This document shows, piece by piece, positions 31,330 to 42,024 of a DNA stretch of 64,000 nucleotides. Below the pieces are notes generated by a model that worked only from the letters and a program-made list of their open reading frames with translations, was not told the DNA's origin and ran no database searches. Position 1 is the first letter of the stretch; each line of letters begins with the position of its first letter. This DNA is from Staphylococcus phage vB_SepM_BE08, in the sequence record MT596505.1, one strand, 5' to 3'. Made by a program: the position numbers and the translations under genes.

Positions 31330-32721
31330 TTAGTATGCAATGTATTTAACGTTTTTGATACGAGCCCATTTTTTAGGAGCACGTAATGCCAATGCACCAT
31401 ACCATAATACAGCAAATGTAATTGAAGCATTAATTTGTGCTAATGGTAATTTCATCATTGGTAGTAATTCGAATAAGTGAATTACTTGTGGAGACATTTC
31501 ACCAACAAATACGTCTGCTGTTTCTGGTAATGTTTCGTTAAGGTCTAAGAATTCTAATTTACCTTCTTCATTAACGTCTTTCAATGGAATACGTTTGATT
31601 AAGTAGAATTGACCTGTTACTTTACCTTGACGGTATACAGAAACGAATTGTGGTTGTTGTTGATACATAGAGTTTACAGAGATTGTTAATTTAACAGCGT
31701 CTGTAGCATCTGTTACAGTAGCTTCTACTGCTTCTGAAGGAGCTGATTGAGCTTCGTCAGAGTTAACTACAACTTTATAAACTAAACCAGAACGGTCTTC
31801 TTCTTTAATAAATTTACCTTTTTTACCTTTTTCTACTGTAGCTTCTACTTTAGCTGGTTGTGGAGCATTTGGTAATGGTTGTAAACCTTCATCTAAGATT
31901 AATTCATTTTCCATTACTGTAGAACCGTGTAAACGGATAAATCCACGAGCTGAGTAGAAACCTTGCACACTGTATCCAGTGTTAACGTTACCGTTATTAT
32001 CTTGCATTAATTGTACTTGGCGACCTAAAATATTATTAACAAAATCAGCGTGTACACCAATAGGCATGTAAGCATCTGTAGCTGTACCAAAGCCTTTACC
32101 GATACGTACTGAAGCTTCGTTTAATGTTTTTTCATCTAATGATTCACCATGAGCGTCAATTACGTTATCTTTATCAATTAATTTAGCTAATCCGTCAAAT
32201 TCAAGACCTTCTCCACCTGGTTCTGAAGTTAATGAAGCATCACCATAGAATGAAGCCCACTCAATTGTTTTAGCAACAACTGCGATAGCATCTTCTGTTA
32301 AGATTTGTGCTGGGTCTTGAATGTTGTTAACTAAACCACTAGCAATTGACATGTTTTTAGTATCAGAAACGTATTTCATTGATACTGTTCTTTGACGAAT
32401 GTTAGGGTCACTTACTGGTGCTACCCCTACTTCACGAACAAAACGTGAATGTCCTACATTACCGTGACGTAAATAAACATCGTATTTAACTACTGTTGAT
32501 TCAGCTGGTCTACGTGCAATATCACGATAGAAAATCAAATCATCATTAGTCCATGTTAACATAGAGATTTGGTCGTCTAAAATTTCTCGTCTTAAAGCTC
32601 CTGCATCAATTTGTGTTTCAGGAGTAATACCGTGTCCTGTTTGGAACGATTTAACTACTTCTTCTTGGAACGCATCAGCATATTGGTTTTGCTGAGCATT
32701 TAATTTTTTTCCGTTAGCCAT
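31330..32721 (-). CDS. major capsid protein
   Basis: 463 aa, matching the size of K-/Twort-like major capsid proteins. It follows the prohead protease and scaffold-like genes, and its own terminator follows it. The N-terminal ~45 aa share a motif with the protease C-terminus. Confidence 0.85.
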   Translation of the reverse strand: MANGKKLNAQQNQYADAFQEEVVKSFQTGHGITPETQIDAGALRREILDDQISMLTWTNDDLIFYRDIARRPAESTVVKYDVYLRHGNVGHSRFVREVGVAPVSDPNIRQRTVSMKYVSDTKNMSIASGLVNNIQDPAQILTEDAIAVVAKTIEWASFYGDASLTSEPGGEGLEFDGLAKLIDKDNVIDAHGESLDEKTLNEASVRIGKGFGTATDAYMPIGVHADFVNNILGRQVQLMQDNNGNVNTGYSVQGFYSARGFIRLHGSTVMENELILDEGLQPLPNAPQPAKVEATVEKGKKGKFIKEEDRSGLVYKVVVNSDEAQSAPSEAVEATVTDATDAVKLTISVNSMYQQQPQFVSVYRQGKVTGQFYLIKRIPLKDVNEEGKLEFLDLNETLPETADVFVGEMSPQVIHLFELLPMMKLPLAQINASITFAVLWYGALALRAPKKWARIKNVKYIAY

Positions 32722-32847
32722 AAAAGTTAATCACCTTTCATCTTTTATTATATAAGGTAGGAAGTAGGGTGATTAACCCCTAAATCCTTTTAGTTTTTTT
32801 ATTTATTAATTACATTGTATAATATAACACAATTTTGTATACTTTTA

Positions 32848-33891
32848 TTATTTAATAAAATCTTTGATTAATTCTACGTCATTTTCTGTAGCTCTTTCAG
32901 GACTAGCTGTTACGTTAGTGTAAGCTTGACGTAATTTATTTAAATGAGCATAGTTCTTATCTTTACGTGAAGCTTGCTCTTTAAATTTATCCATAAACAC
33001 TTTTCGTTCTTCTTGAGTTAATCCTTCTTCTGAAGTTTCTGCTTCTTCTTGTGAGCTTTCTGTTGATTGTTCTGATTTACCTTCGGATACTTCGTCAGCT
33101 TCTGGTGTTTCAGTATCAATAGACTTATTAACAAAGCCTTCAGCTTTACCTTCTTTTTCTTGTGTAGTTGAAGTTACAGATTTTTGAGTTGTTTCTTCTT
33201 CTTGGTTTCCATCTTCTTTAGTTTCTTCTTCTTGGTTTCCATCTTCTTTAGTTTCTTCAACATTTGTTGCTTCTGTTTCTTTTTTATCTAATACAGCATC
33301 TAACTTATCATTTAATTCTTTAAACTCAGATTTAGTAACAAATTGTTCTTTTTCTTGTGAAATAGCTTCTAAAGATTTTAAAACTGTAGAGAAACCTGTA
33401 AGAATATCTTCATCAGAAATTGATTTAGAAGTTTTTTCTTTTCCTTCTTTTTTATCTTCTTTAGAGTCTTTCTCTTCTTTCTTGTCTTCTTTACCTTCTT
33501 TAGAATCTTCTTTTTCTTCTGAATCTTTATCTTCTTTTTTATTTTTACGTTTCTCGTTATCTTTATCTTCTGTCTTAGTATCTTTATGGTCTACAGGGTC
33601 TTTTGATTCTTTAGTAGACTTTTCTACTGTATCGTCTTTCTCTGGACTTACATCTTCAGTACCTTCTGATTCTAATTTCTCTCCTTCTTCTTGAGCTTCT
33701 TTAGAATCTTCTTCAGTTACCTTTTCAGGTTCTTTATTTTCTGTAGCTTGAGTTTCAGCTGTTTGTGTTTCTGTTTCTTCTACCACATTATCTTTTGTTT
33801 CTGTATCTTCTGTTTTATCTTCTTGAGACTTAGTGATAGATTCATTAAGTTTATCATATTCTTCTAAGATATTTGATAATCCTTTAGCCAT
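32848..33891 (-). CDS. acidic Glu/Lys-rich low-complexity protein, candidate scaffolding protein
   Basis: 347 aa, extremely acidic with a 33-bp tandem repeat (ETKEDGNQEE x2), located between the protease and the capsid gene. Confidence 0.45.
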   Translation of the reverse strand: MAKGLSNILEEYDKLNESITKSQEDKTEDTETKDNVVEETETQTAETQATENKEPEKVTEEDSKEAQEEGEKLESEGTEDVSPEKDDTVEKSTKESKDPVDHKDTKTEDKDNEKRKNKKEDKDSEEKEDSKEGKEDKKEEKDSKEDKKEGKEKTSKSISDEDILTGFSTVLKSLEAISQEKEQFVTKSEFKELNDKLDAVLDKKETEATNVEETKEDGNQEEETKEDGNQEEETTQKSVTSTTQEKEGKAEGFVNKSIDTETPEADEVSEGKSEQSTESSQEEAETSEEGLTQEERKVFMDKFKEQASRKDKNYAHLNKLRQAYTNVTASPERATENDVELIKDFIK

Positions 33892-33893
33892 TA

Positions 33894-34664
33894 TTATAAA
33901 TGCTCCTTCCTAATTTGCATTACTGCTAACTCAGCGTCTTTTCTTGAAAGACCTTTAGCAAGCTGTAATGTTATAATGGATTCTTCATAACCCATTTGAT
34001 TAGATTTATTCAAATCTTCTACAATATTATTCCAAGTATCATTAAATTTTTTCAAATCTTTAATCTTAGTTACATATGTTAAGTTTGTAATACTAGATGC
34101 TAAAGATTCTCTACGTAATGCTCCTGCGTCTGTTTGCGTTTCAGGTGTAGTTCCATGTCCTGTTAAGAATGATTTAACAAAACTTTCCCATGTTGCCTCA
34201 GGGTTTGCTGGATTTTTAACTAAAGCGACACCTGTAATTGTTACTTCATCAATAACTCTGTTATCATTTACATTACGTTTTTTTACTGCACCTTCAATAC
34301 TAAAACCTAACTTACGACCACTTCCAGATTTTTCTAATTTCTCTGCTAAGTCTAACATCTTAATAACATTTTCGTTATCTTTAAATAAGTTAGCTTCGAT
34401 ATATAATCCTTTTTCAACATCAACATAGCAATTATCTGTAGGGAAACCTACTACTTCATCTTGATTATGCTCATAGTTAACATAACCGTGCTCTTTAAAA
34501 TAACTTATGTCAATTCCTTTAGGGTTTATAATATCTGATTGTAAATCTAATGCTGGTGTACTAGCCCAGCCTGAAACTTTAGAAAATTGTTCTGTATCCT
34601 CTTTTGTGCTTACAGATTTTGATAAGTCCATAGGAACAAAAGCATTAAACTTCATTTCTTCCAA
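33894..34664 (-). CDS. prohead (capsid maturation) protease, HK97-family-like
   Basis: Motifs GWASTPALDLQSDIINPKG and VALVKNPANPEA. It is positioned between the portal and capsid genes. Confidence 0.7.
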   Translation of the reverse strand: MEEMKFNAFVPMDLSKSVSTKEDTEQFSKVSGWASTPALDLQSDIINPKGIDISYFKEHGYVNYEHNQDEVVGFPTDNCYVDVEKGLYIEANLFKDNENVIKMLDLAEKLEKSGSGRKLGFSIEGAVKKRNVNDNRVIDEVTITGVALVKNPANPEATWESFVKSFLTGHGTTPETQTDAGALRRESLASSITNLTYVTKIKDLKKFNDTWNNIVEDLNKSNQMGYEESIITLQLAKGLSRKDAELAVMQIRKEHL

Positions 34665-34805
34665 AGGTTTTTACACCTCACTTGTCTAGTTAATTTTATT
34701 ATTTTCTATGTATAATATAACACTTTAAGTTTAATATAATAAAAATAACTAACTAATATGTATATTATACCACATATTAGTTAGTTTACAAAATTAATTT
34801 AATAA

Positions 34806-36536
34806 TTATTTTTTAAAATCTTCAGGTTTTTCGTTATTAGGATTTTTACTTGTTGTCATACCTTGTTGATTTGTATTTGTTTGATTTTTAACTTGTCCGT
34901 CTTTACCTACTTCATTACTTTCTTGTTCTGTATCTTGCTCATTTGTTGTTTCTGTATTTTGGTCTTCTCCTTCTGAGCTTAATACATTTTGCATCATTTC
35001 TAATTTTTCTTTTCTTTGTGCATCTTCATATTGATTTTGTTGGTATATTTGTCCTACTCTTTGTACATATACACCGTTAAGTATAGTGTCTCCGCCTTCG
35101 ATTGGTGGTTCACCTAATTCTTTTCTTACTTCATTAACAGTTAAAGCTACTTCTGCTTTAGCTTTAAGTATTTCTATTTTATCTTTTTCAGATTTAGAAT
35201 CTCCACCAACAAATTGGAATGTATATTTATCTCCATACTCAGATACAATATGTCTATTTATTAAGTCTTCTATAAATCTTAATAAAGGTTGTAATCCTTT
35301 ATTTTGAGAAGCTTGGTGTTTTTTAGACGGGTCTGCTTCGTTTAATGTATTTCCACCTTTAGAACTTGTAGCTCCTCCTCTGTTAGGGAAGTTAATTTCA
35401 GCGGGGTCAATTCCATACAGACTTGAAATAATATTAATAAGATAGTTTAACCATTTCTCAAATTGCATATCATTTGCTGTAGGTGTCATATTTACAAAGT
35501 TAACGTCATCAGCCATCATTACAGGCACTTGCCAACTTCCATTAATACCAGAGAAACTAGATTTCCATTCTCTTTTAAAATTTTCTAATGCATGTTGAGA
35601 TTGTTGTTGGTCTGCTTTTATTTGTAATATACCTCTAGTTGTTCCTCCATGACTAAAGAATCTGTCATTAAAGTTTTCAGTATTATTATAAGCTATAAAT
35701 TCTTTCATAGCTATCTCTACTTCAGAAAGTCCATATCCAGAAGCATTAATATCTGTTCTAGGGTTTCTTATACCCATAGCAAGTTCTCTAGAAGTAAAAT
35801 AAGCTACAACTTTTTTATCTATAACTTGTACAAATCTTTTACCACCTTTTATAATTTTACCCTTCTTATCAGTAGCATAGAATATTGTACTAGGGTCAAC
35901 AGCTATGAACTTATCTAACTTAGTACCATTCTTTTTATTAAATACTTTTTCAAAATTAACTTGGTCGTATAAATAAGTATCTCTAACTATTTTCCTACAG
36001 AAAGTTTGAAAAGAATCTCTATCTACATCTTTATCTCTTCCTGTATTTAATATAAATTCTTCAATTCTTTTAATTTCTTCTTTTTCTTTTTTACCAGGTT
36101 CTGCTTCTAAATCACGCATACGTACTTCAAAACCTAATCCTCTTTCAGAATATCTAGAAGGTTGACAATACATAGCTACCTGATTTGCTCTAGTAAGTAT
36201 AATTGCATTTAGTATAGGATTATTACCAAACTTTTTAAGAACATCATGTAAATTATGCTCATTCTTTGTATAACTTCTTTTATCTCTAAACTCTGGATTA
36301 GTATCCATTAAAGACAAAAAAGGTTCTGCATATGCCTGCTGATTACCATATAGAGATTTTGATATGCTCTTATTTAAATTAACATTATCTTGTTCTATTT
36401 TTTTTATATTAGCTTGTAAATCACTATCTATAGGTACCGCTCCATAACTATCGGTATAGTCTTTACCTAGTCTTAAACTCTTAAATAAATCTGCCAAGTT
36501 ATTTGTCACCACCATTTCTAACCACTGATAATACAA
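34806..36536 (-). CDS. portal protein
   Basis: 576 aa. It is the first large gene after terminase in the head module and has an acidic C-terminal tail. Confidence 0.65.
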   Translation of the reverse strand: MYYQWLEMVVTNNLADLFKSLRLGKDYTDSYGAVPIDSDLQANIKKIEQDNVNLNKSISKSLYGNQQAYAEPFLSLMDTNPEFRDKRSYTKNEHNLHDVLKKFGNNPILNAIILTRANQVAMYCQPSRYSERGLGFEVRMRDLEAEPGKKEKEEIKRIEEFILNTGRDKDVDRDSFQTFCRKIVRDTYLYDQVNFEKVFNKKNGTKLDKFIAVDPSTIFYATDKKGKIIKGGKRFVQVIDKKVVAYFTSRELAMGIRNPRTDINASGYGLSEVEIAMKEFIAYNNTENFNDRFFSHGGTTRGILQIKADQQQSQHALENFKREWKSSFSGINGSWQVPVMMADDVNFVNMTPTANDMQFEKWLNYLINIISSLYGIDPAEINFPNRGGATSSKGGNTLNEADPSKKHQASQNKGLQPLLRFIEDLINRHIVSEYGDKYTFQFVGGDSKSEKDKIEILKAKAEVALTVNEVRKELGEPPIEGGDTILNGVYVQRVGQIYQQNQYEDAQRKEKLEMMQNVLSSEGEDQNTETTNEQDTEQESNEVGKDGQVKNQTNTNQQGMTTSKNPNNEKPEDFKK

Positions 36537-36870
36537 TTGTATTATTAAATGTTAATTCACTTATATTTTTAGGTAAATTAATTTTATATTCAAATGGTTC
36601 TTCTATATAATAAAACATTTTTTTACTTTCTGTTACTAAATCATAATCCTCTAATAATATGTTGTTGTCTTTGTCTAATAAAATAACTCTATTATCTTTT
36701 GTAGCTTCTAATATCATATACTTTTGTTTATCTATAGCAATAAATACAGCAACATGTCTTCCACCAATTTGTCTGTAATAATCAACTATTTCTATCCAAT
36801 TATCTTGCATACCTTGTTGTTTAATAAATTCTTTAGCTTCATCCCATTTACTATCTTTTGAATATATCAC
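36499..36870 (-). CDS. hypothetical protein
   Basis: 123-aa ORF overlapping its neighbours. Confidence 0.35.
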   Translation of the reverse strand: MIYSKDSKWDEAKEFIKQQGMQDNWIEIVDYYRQIGGRHVAVFIAIDKQKYMILEATKDNRVILLDKDNNILLEDYDLVTESKKMFYYIEEPFEYKINLPKNISELTFNNTIVLSVVRNGGDK

Positions 36871-37237
36871 TATTATCTTCTTCCTTTTTCGTTGCTTTTA
36901 TATTTCTCTCTTTAACGTACTTTTCCATTTTATACCATAAAAAACCAATAATAGTACCTATCGTTCCTGTTCCTACGATAACAAATGGATTATAAAAGCC
37001 ATTATATTTTTCTGTATTTTCTATAGTATTTATAACGTCTATTTTAATAATATCAGATGTTTTTTGAAACATTGAAACTAAAAAATAAAATGATACTAAT
37101 AGTATAACATAATTAATTAATTTTACAAAAAAGGATTTATTTTTTTTAGCACAAGAATATATAAGTATATATAATACACTCAAACTAAGGACAATAACTG
37201 ATAGAGAAGTTATTAAATTAAAATCTATACTGAGCAT
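36851..37237 (-). CDS. membrane protein (3 predicted TM helices)
   Basis: 128 aa with hydrophobic segments. Confidence 0.4.
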   Translation of the reverse strand: MLSIDFNLITSLSVIVLSLSVLYILIYSCAKKNKSFFVKLINYVILLVSFYFLVSMFQKTSDIIKIDVINTIENTEKYNGFYNPFVIVGTGTIGTIIGFLWYKMEKYVKERNIKATKKEEDNSDIFKR

Positions 37238-37313
37238 ATACCCACCTCAAATATGTTATTATACTATATATAATATAACATGCAAAAAAAGGGTAGTATA
37301 TATACCCTTTAAA

Positions 37314-37805
37314 TTACTTATTATCTTCCATTAATTTCTCTTTTTCTTTTTTTAATTTTAACTCTTCTTCTTCTTTAATTCGTTGCTTTTCTTCGTAATT
37401 TTCTCTTAACATAAAGTTTAATCCTAATTGAACTTCATTTCCAGATAGTACATTACTCATATAAAAGTCTTCAATTACAATGTCACCTAAAGGAAGTGCT
37501 TTACCTTTTTTAACATCTTCTTTAATTTTCTCTGTATACTCATCTAAATTAAGACGTTTATTAAATGCAATCTCAAACATTTTATTATGATACTCACCTG
37601 TAAGCTCATCATTTAATCTTGTTTGGAATAATAACATATGTGAATCAAGTTTATTTGGTGGGTCTTGTCTAAACAAGTTTAAAGTCTCATACAGGGTAGC
37701 CATAAGTTTACAAGCTAAATCACTAAAATCCTGTAATGCTTTTTCTTTTTCTTCACCCCTAATAGGTGTAATAGATTCTTCTAATGTTAATGTATTTTTT
37801 TCCAT
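37314..37805 (-). CDS. hypothetical protein with an acidic coiled-coil C-terminus
   Basis: 163-aa ORF. Confidence 0.35.
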   Translation of the reverse strand: MEKNTLTLEESITPIRGEEKEKALQDFSDLACKLMATLYETLNLFRQDPPNKLDSHMLLFQTRLNDELTGEYHNKMFEIAFNKRLNLDEYTEKIKEDVKKGKALPLGDIVIEDFYMSNVLSGNEVQLGLNFMLRENYEEKQRIKEEEELKLKKEKEKLMEDNK

Positions 37806-37818
37806 AATAAATCTCCTT

Positions 37819-37983
37819 TTAATTTAATAAATCTTTTATATCTTTTTCTATTGATTTTAGTTCTCTTGCAATATTAATTTCATAAATTTTACTTTTTTCT
37901 CTTTTATAATAAAACCTAATATCAATTAAAATAAATAGTATAAGTAAAACAGTATAGACAATAAAATTAAACAAAAACATCAT
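37819..37983 (-). CDS. small membrane protein (54 aa)
   Basis: MMFLFNFIVYTVLLILFILIDIRFYYKREK...; below the ORF-track size cutoff. Confidence 0.3.
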   Translation of the reverse strand: MMFLFNFIVYTVLLILFILIDIRFYYKREKSKIYEINIARELKSIEKDIKDLLN

Positions 37984-38770
37984 TATCACCTACAAAATTT
38001 TGAACTTCTTTTTTAGTCATTAAATATCTATCTTTAACTTTTTTAAAACCTAGATAATCTATATAATTAATAGCTTCTTTTAATTGTATATCATATATAG
38101 ATATTGCCATTTCATTATCTATACCTAGTTTTATAAGTTCAAATATAGAACGTAATCCTACTCCGCTAGATTCTGGTGAACTAATATATGATTCTAATTT
38201 TATTTCTTTGTCATATAAATTATATTCTGCTATACCTATAACATCCTCACCGTTATTGAATACTTTATAAATAGAAGATGTTTCTTTTAAATGAGATGTA
38301 TTTACACCTTTATTTTTAAGTATAGACAAAGATGTAGCTAATCTTTCTGGATTTACTTTTTCATTTATACCACCATTATCTTCAACTGAAGAACCTATAG
38401 CTGAGTTATTATTAGTTTCAGGTTGTTTATCTTGTTGCTCTTTATCTTTTGAATTTCCGTCTTCGTAAATAGTCATTTCTACTTCTTTGCCGTTTCTAAT
38501 TACTTTACGTTTAACTTTATTCAAATTAGATAAATCTTTATCTCCGCCTTTGGTTATTTTTTCAGTATTTGATTTACAAAACAATACCATATCATAAAAG
38601 CTATTAAAACCATTTGGTTTGTATAAATGTTTATATTTTTTGTTTAATGTTTCTTCGTTATTAATAACTTCATCAAAACTAAAATATTTACCTGTAAGAA
38701 AGTATAGATTATTTTCATCCATACTTTCATTATCTTTTTTCATTATATCATAAATAAACTCATTTGTCAA
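37967..38770 (-). CDS. hypothetical protein
   Basis: 267-aa ORF downstream of terminase exon 3. Confidence 0.35.
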   Translation of the reverse strand: MTNEFIYDIMKKDNESMDENNLYFLTGKYFSFDEVINNEETLNKKYKHLYKPNGFNSFYDMVLFCKSNTEKITKGGDKDLSNLNKVKRKVIRNGKEVEMTIYEDGNSKDKEQQDKQPETNNNSAIGSSVEDNGGINEKVNPERLATSLSILKNKGVNTSHLKETSSIYKVFNNGEDVIGIAEYNLYDKEIKLESYISSPESSGVGLRSIFELIKLGIDNEMAISIYDIQLKEAINYIDYLGFKKVKDRYLMTKKEVQNFVGDNDVFV

Positions 38771-38783
38771 ATTAAATCACTAC

Positions 38784-39702
38784 CTAATCTATATAATAGT
38801 TTGTATTACTATTTCCTGAATTATAATTAGTAGTAACAAAAGTAGAATTAAACGCTGTACCATTTCCTTGTTGTATTAACTGTTGTATTCGTGTTAATCC
38901 GATATTTGCATATACACTTGCCTGTGCCCAGTGGTCGTCACCTTTACGTTTAATTACTTGATACATTTCTTCTTTTTTCTCGTCTTCCTCATCCATAATT
39001 AAAACATTTTGCCAATGTTTTAAATATGTTCTAAGGTCATCATCTACTTCTTGATACATACGTATATTTTTTGTTTTTAGTCCTTGGATATAAATCTTAT
39101 TTTGCATAAGCTTATCAACAGTTACCGTATTATCTTTTTCATTAAATTTAGGTCGTAACTGTCCTGTAGAACGTGGACTGGAATTGTAAGTACATCCAAA
39201 AACTTTATCTTCTCCGAAATGGTTTATAAGTTTTAGGACATTATTACCGCTATCCCCATTATCTGCTATAATAATGTCTGGTTCATATTTAGAAATTTCC
39301 CATATAATTGTTTCTAAATCAGCTTCAACCATATTAGGTCTTGTGTTTTTCTTAACAGAAAATAATCTTATTAAATCTTTTTTACCATCAGGCAATACAC
39401 CGTGAACTGTAACCCAGTGGTGATTTCCCCAATCAATTCCTACAGAAATATAAGAATAATTACCTCTGTTAAACATTTGTTTTTTAGCAACAGGTGATTT
39501 ATTTTCAAATACATCCTCTTCAAGAACACGCATTTTAACATCTTCATAAGGCATACCTAAAGAATAGTTATAAAATGCTTGCTTAGAATCTGTGTTCATT
39601 TCTTTTTCTACTAATTGGTCTGCTGAAATCCATACAGCGTTCATTTGAGATATATAATACCCTCTAATACCTGAATTATTTTTTGTTCGTTCAGGGTAAC
39701 GA
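38784..39702 (-). CDS. terL: terminase large subunit, exon 3 (nuclease domain)
   Basis: The frame stays open upstream of the annotated Met (…RYPERTKNNSGIRGYYISQ-MNAVW) with no start codon. The predicted 3' splice site follows GGGUAGUAAUUGGGGAAUG, which parallels intron 1. Confidence 0.7.
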
Positions 39703-41017
39703 CATTCCCCAATTACTACCCCTAGTTTCCTAGTATTTTAAAGGGTTTAGACTATATCATGACTACTTTTTTTGGTTAGTAGTCCCTTGCTTTACATTAC
39801 TTAACATTAATTCTATTTCTTCTTTAACACTATCAAAAGTGTATTTAGTATAAGGTATTTCTAGTAAATAAAAATTATTATTTTTAGAAAATTCCTTTTT
39901 AATTCTATCATTTTTTTGTTGTTTCAAAAAATATTCTTCTCCACCAAATAACTCTACAGGCTTATAATGTTGTTGACCTTGATACTCAATTAAAACATTA
40001 TATTCAGGTAAGTAAAAATCATAAGACAGATTATTTATATTTTTTAGACCTTTGAATTTTTTCTGAGCTTCAAAATTTATATCTAAAGAGTTTAGAACAG
40101 CCTCTACCAATTTCTCACCTCTAGAATAATTGCACTTAGGACATCTTCTACCTCTATAAAACATAAAAGGATAAACTGAATACTCATTACCACATGTATT
40201 ATGTCTTATCTTTACTTTATTTTTAACGCCTGTATACTCTCCTATTAAAGTATATTCACCTTGAGTTACATACTCAATTTCTTTTTTGTACTCTTCTGTT
40301 GTTTTTAAATTATCTTTAGATAACTTATTATTAAGACAACTCTTACATTGTGTACCACTTAATAATGAGTCAGGTCTAATATAATATTCTGAACCACAAG
40401 ATAAATGCTTGACTTTTACTTTATCATTCATGGTTTTATACTCAGTTAAAACTTGATATTTGTTACCATGAATATCTTGTACTTCTTTTAAGAACTGCTC
40501 ATGAGTTTTTCTTTTATTTTTACCTTTTTTAGTATCTGAACATCTTTTGCATTTACCACTTCTCAATAAATATTTAGCTACAGGTTCAAATTCATAACCG
40601 CAAATTTTATGTTTTACTTTGATACGTGAATTTATACCATTATAAGTACTTAAAAGAATAAATTCACTATTAAATTTATCATATAATTCACTTTTAAATT
40701 CTTCATGTGTTTTCTTTTTAGTCAATATATTTCCCTCCTTACCTATTATTTTAATATTTTAATGTTAAGTAATTTTTATCTAGTTCTCACTTATTCCTTT
40801 TAATAAGCTACCTAGAAATTTAGTCGTTAGGCTTTTACTATAATATAATTATATCATATATTGTTATTTTGTCAATAATTAAATTACAGATTTAGCACGG
40901 TTGGTTCCCACTGTCTGTGTATAGTCAGATTTAGGGTTTCTTACCAGTATATTATTTTTCTATACATTATTTTACTATGCCCGTTTAACAAGGTTTTAGG
41001 TATGCTAGAAAGTTAAC
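39703..41017 (-). mobile_element. group I intron 2 in terL, with an endonuclease ORF in the P8 loop (boundaries approximate)
   Basis: P7 5' strand CCUAACGACUAAAUUU and P7 3' strand AUAUAGUCUAAACC flank the ORF. Roughly 190 nt of its 5' half are ~85% identical to intron 1. Exons 2 and 3 are joined in frame. Confidence 0.65.
39763..40725 (-). CDS. intron-encoded homing endonuclease: three Zn-finger-like repeats plus a DUF559/Vsr-like nuclease core
   Basis: Three repeats of the type H-x2-CG-x-E-(x11-12)-C-x2-C. C-terminal core DFYLPEYNVLIEYQGQQHY, paralogous to the 23376..24662 ORF. TTG start with RBS GGTAAGGAGGG. Confidence 0.65.
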   Translation of the reverse strand: MTKKKTHEEFKSELYDKFNSEFILLSTYNGINSRIKVKHKICGYEFEPVAKYLLRSGKCKRCSDTKKGKNKRKTHEQFLKEVQDIHGNKYQVLTEYKTMNDKVKVKHLSCGSEYYIRPDSLLSGTQCKSCLNNKLSKDNLKTTEEYKKEIEYVTQGEYTLIGEYTGVKNKVKIRHNTCGNEYSVYPFMFYRGRRCPKCNYSRGEKLVEAVLNSLDINFEAQKKFKGLKNINNLSYDFYLPEYNVLIEYQGQQHYKPVELFGGEEYFLKQQKNDRIKKEFSKNNNFYLLEIPYTKYTFDSVKEEIELMLSNVKQGTTNQKK

Positions 41018-41690
41018 ACACCATTATACCATCTATCTAAAGGTTTACCACATTTTTGACATACATATTGGTATGTTCCATCTTGTACTGTTTTTGCTTG
41101 TTCATCAATACCTTCAGGATTAACCAATAATAAGTTACCACTTTGTTCTAAATTATTCTCATCATAAGGAGCATATTTCATCTCGTTATGATAATCACAA
41201 TGTTGACAAACATGTGCATAGTACCATTGGTCTGATTGTTGATATAATTTATGAATACCTACACCTGGAGCTGAAGGTGTTGAGAATCTTCTAACAATGT
41301 GTAATGGTGAACTTGACATAGATTCAAGTGCTGATGATTCAGCAAGTGAGTTAACACGTTCATATTCATCCATAGCTAAAAAGTCAATATCCACACCCTC
41401 AACTGAACCTGGTTTACTACTCGTTCTAAAGAATAGACTAGAGTTTCTTATTTGTTTATACCCTAAAGAATCTTTATCCCAATTTACTATATCTTTAAAA
41501 TATGATTTTTCTAAAACAGGATTAAGCCTTGACTGAACAAATTTCTTAAGTTGCTCTTGTGTTGGAAACGTATACAAACATTTTACATTTTTAAAACTAT
41601 ACATATCTGCAAAATGTACCATTTCCATTACACTCATCTCACTTAATCCAAGCTGACGTGACTTAATTACTGCTTTGTTAGGATGAGTAT
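41018..41690 (-). CDS. terL: terminase large subunit, exon 2 (ATPase: Walker A and B)
   Basis: The frame is open upstream of the annotated Met and includes the Walker A motif KSRQLGLSE. Walker B is DIDFLAMDEYERV. It ends in an in-frame stop inside intron 2. Confidence 0.75.
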
Positions 41691-42024
41691 CATTTCAATT
41701 ACTACCGTTACTTTCGTAATACTTTAACATTCATTTAAGAATCGGTTTAGACTATATCACAACCCTTATTTTTGGTTAAGGGTTCTCTGCTTTACGGAAT
41801 ATTATTCCTCTTATCTATTAAAATAGAAATTTAGTCGTTAGGCATTTACTATAATTCAATTATATCATACATTTTTATTTTGTCAATAATTAAATTATAG
41901 ACTTAGCACGGGATTGCCTCTATCCGTTAGGACTTAGGTTCTCTTACCAGCTTATTCATTATTCAGCTTTGCCCGTTTAACAGAGTTATTCAATACATAT
42001 TACTACATAAGGTCGCAAATAATT
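41691..42024 (-). mobile_element. ORF-less group I intron 1 in terL (boundaries approximate)
   Basis: P7 pairing CCUAACGACUAAAUUU / GAUAUAGUCUAAACC. A length of 334 nt joins the exon 1 and exon 2 frames across a UAU codon. Sequence is homologous to intron 2. Confidence 0.65.

Noticed and set aside
8226-35918. Assorted 60-100-aa ORFs on the opposite strand inside large structural genes (for example 8226..8471, 9649..9840, 12820..13360, 17706..19937, 28424..28732, 30712..30915, 33482..33694, 35086..35918).
   Set aside because: Each is embedded antisense (or out of frame) in a much longer, well-supported gene with a low-complexity translation. No RBS or promoter was seen.
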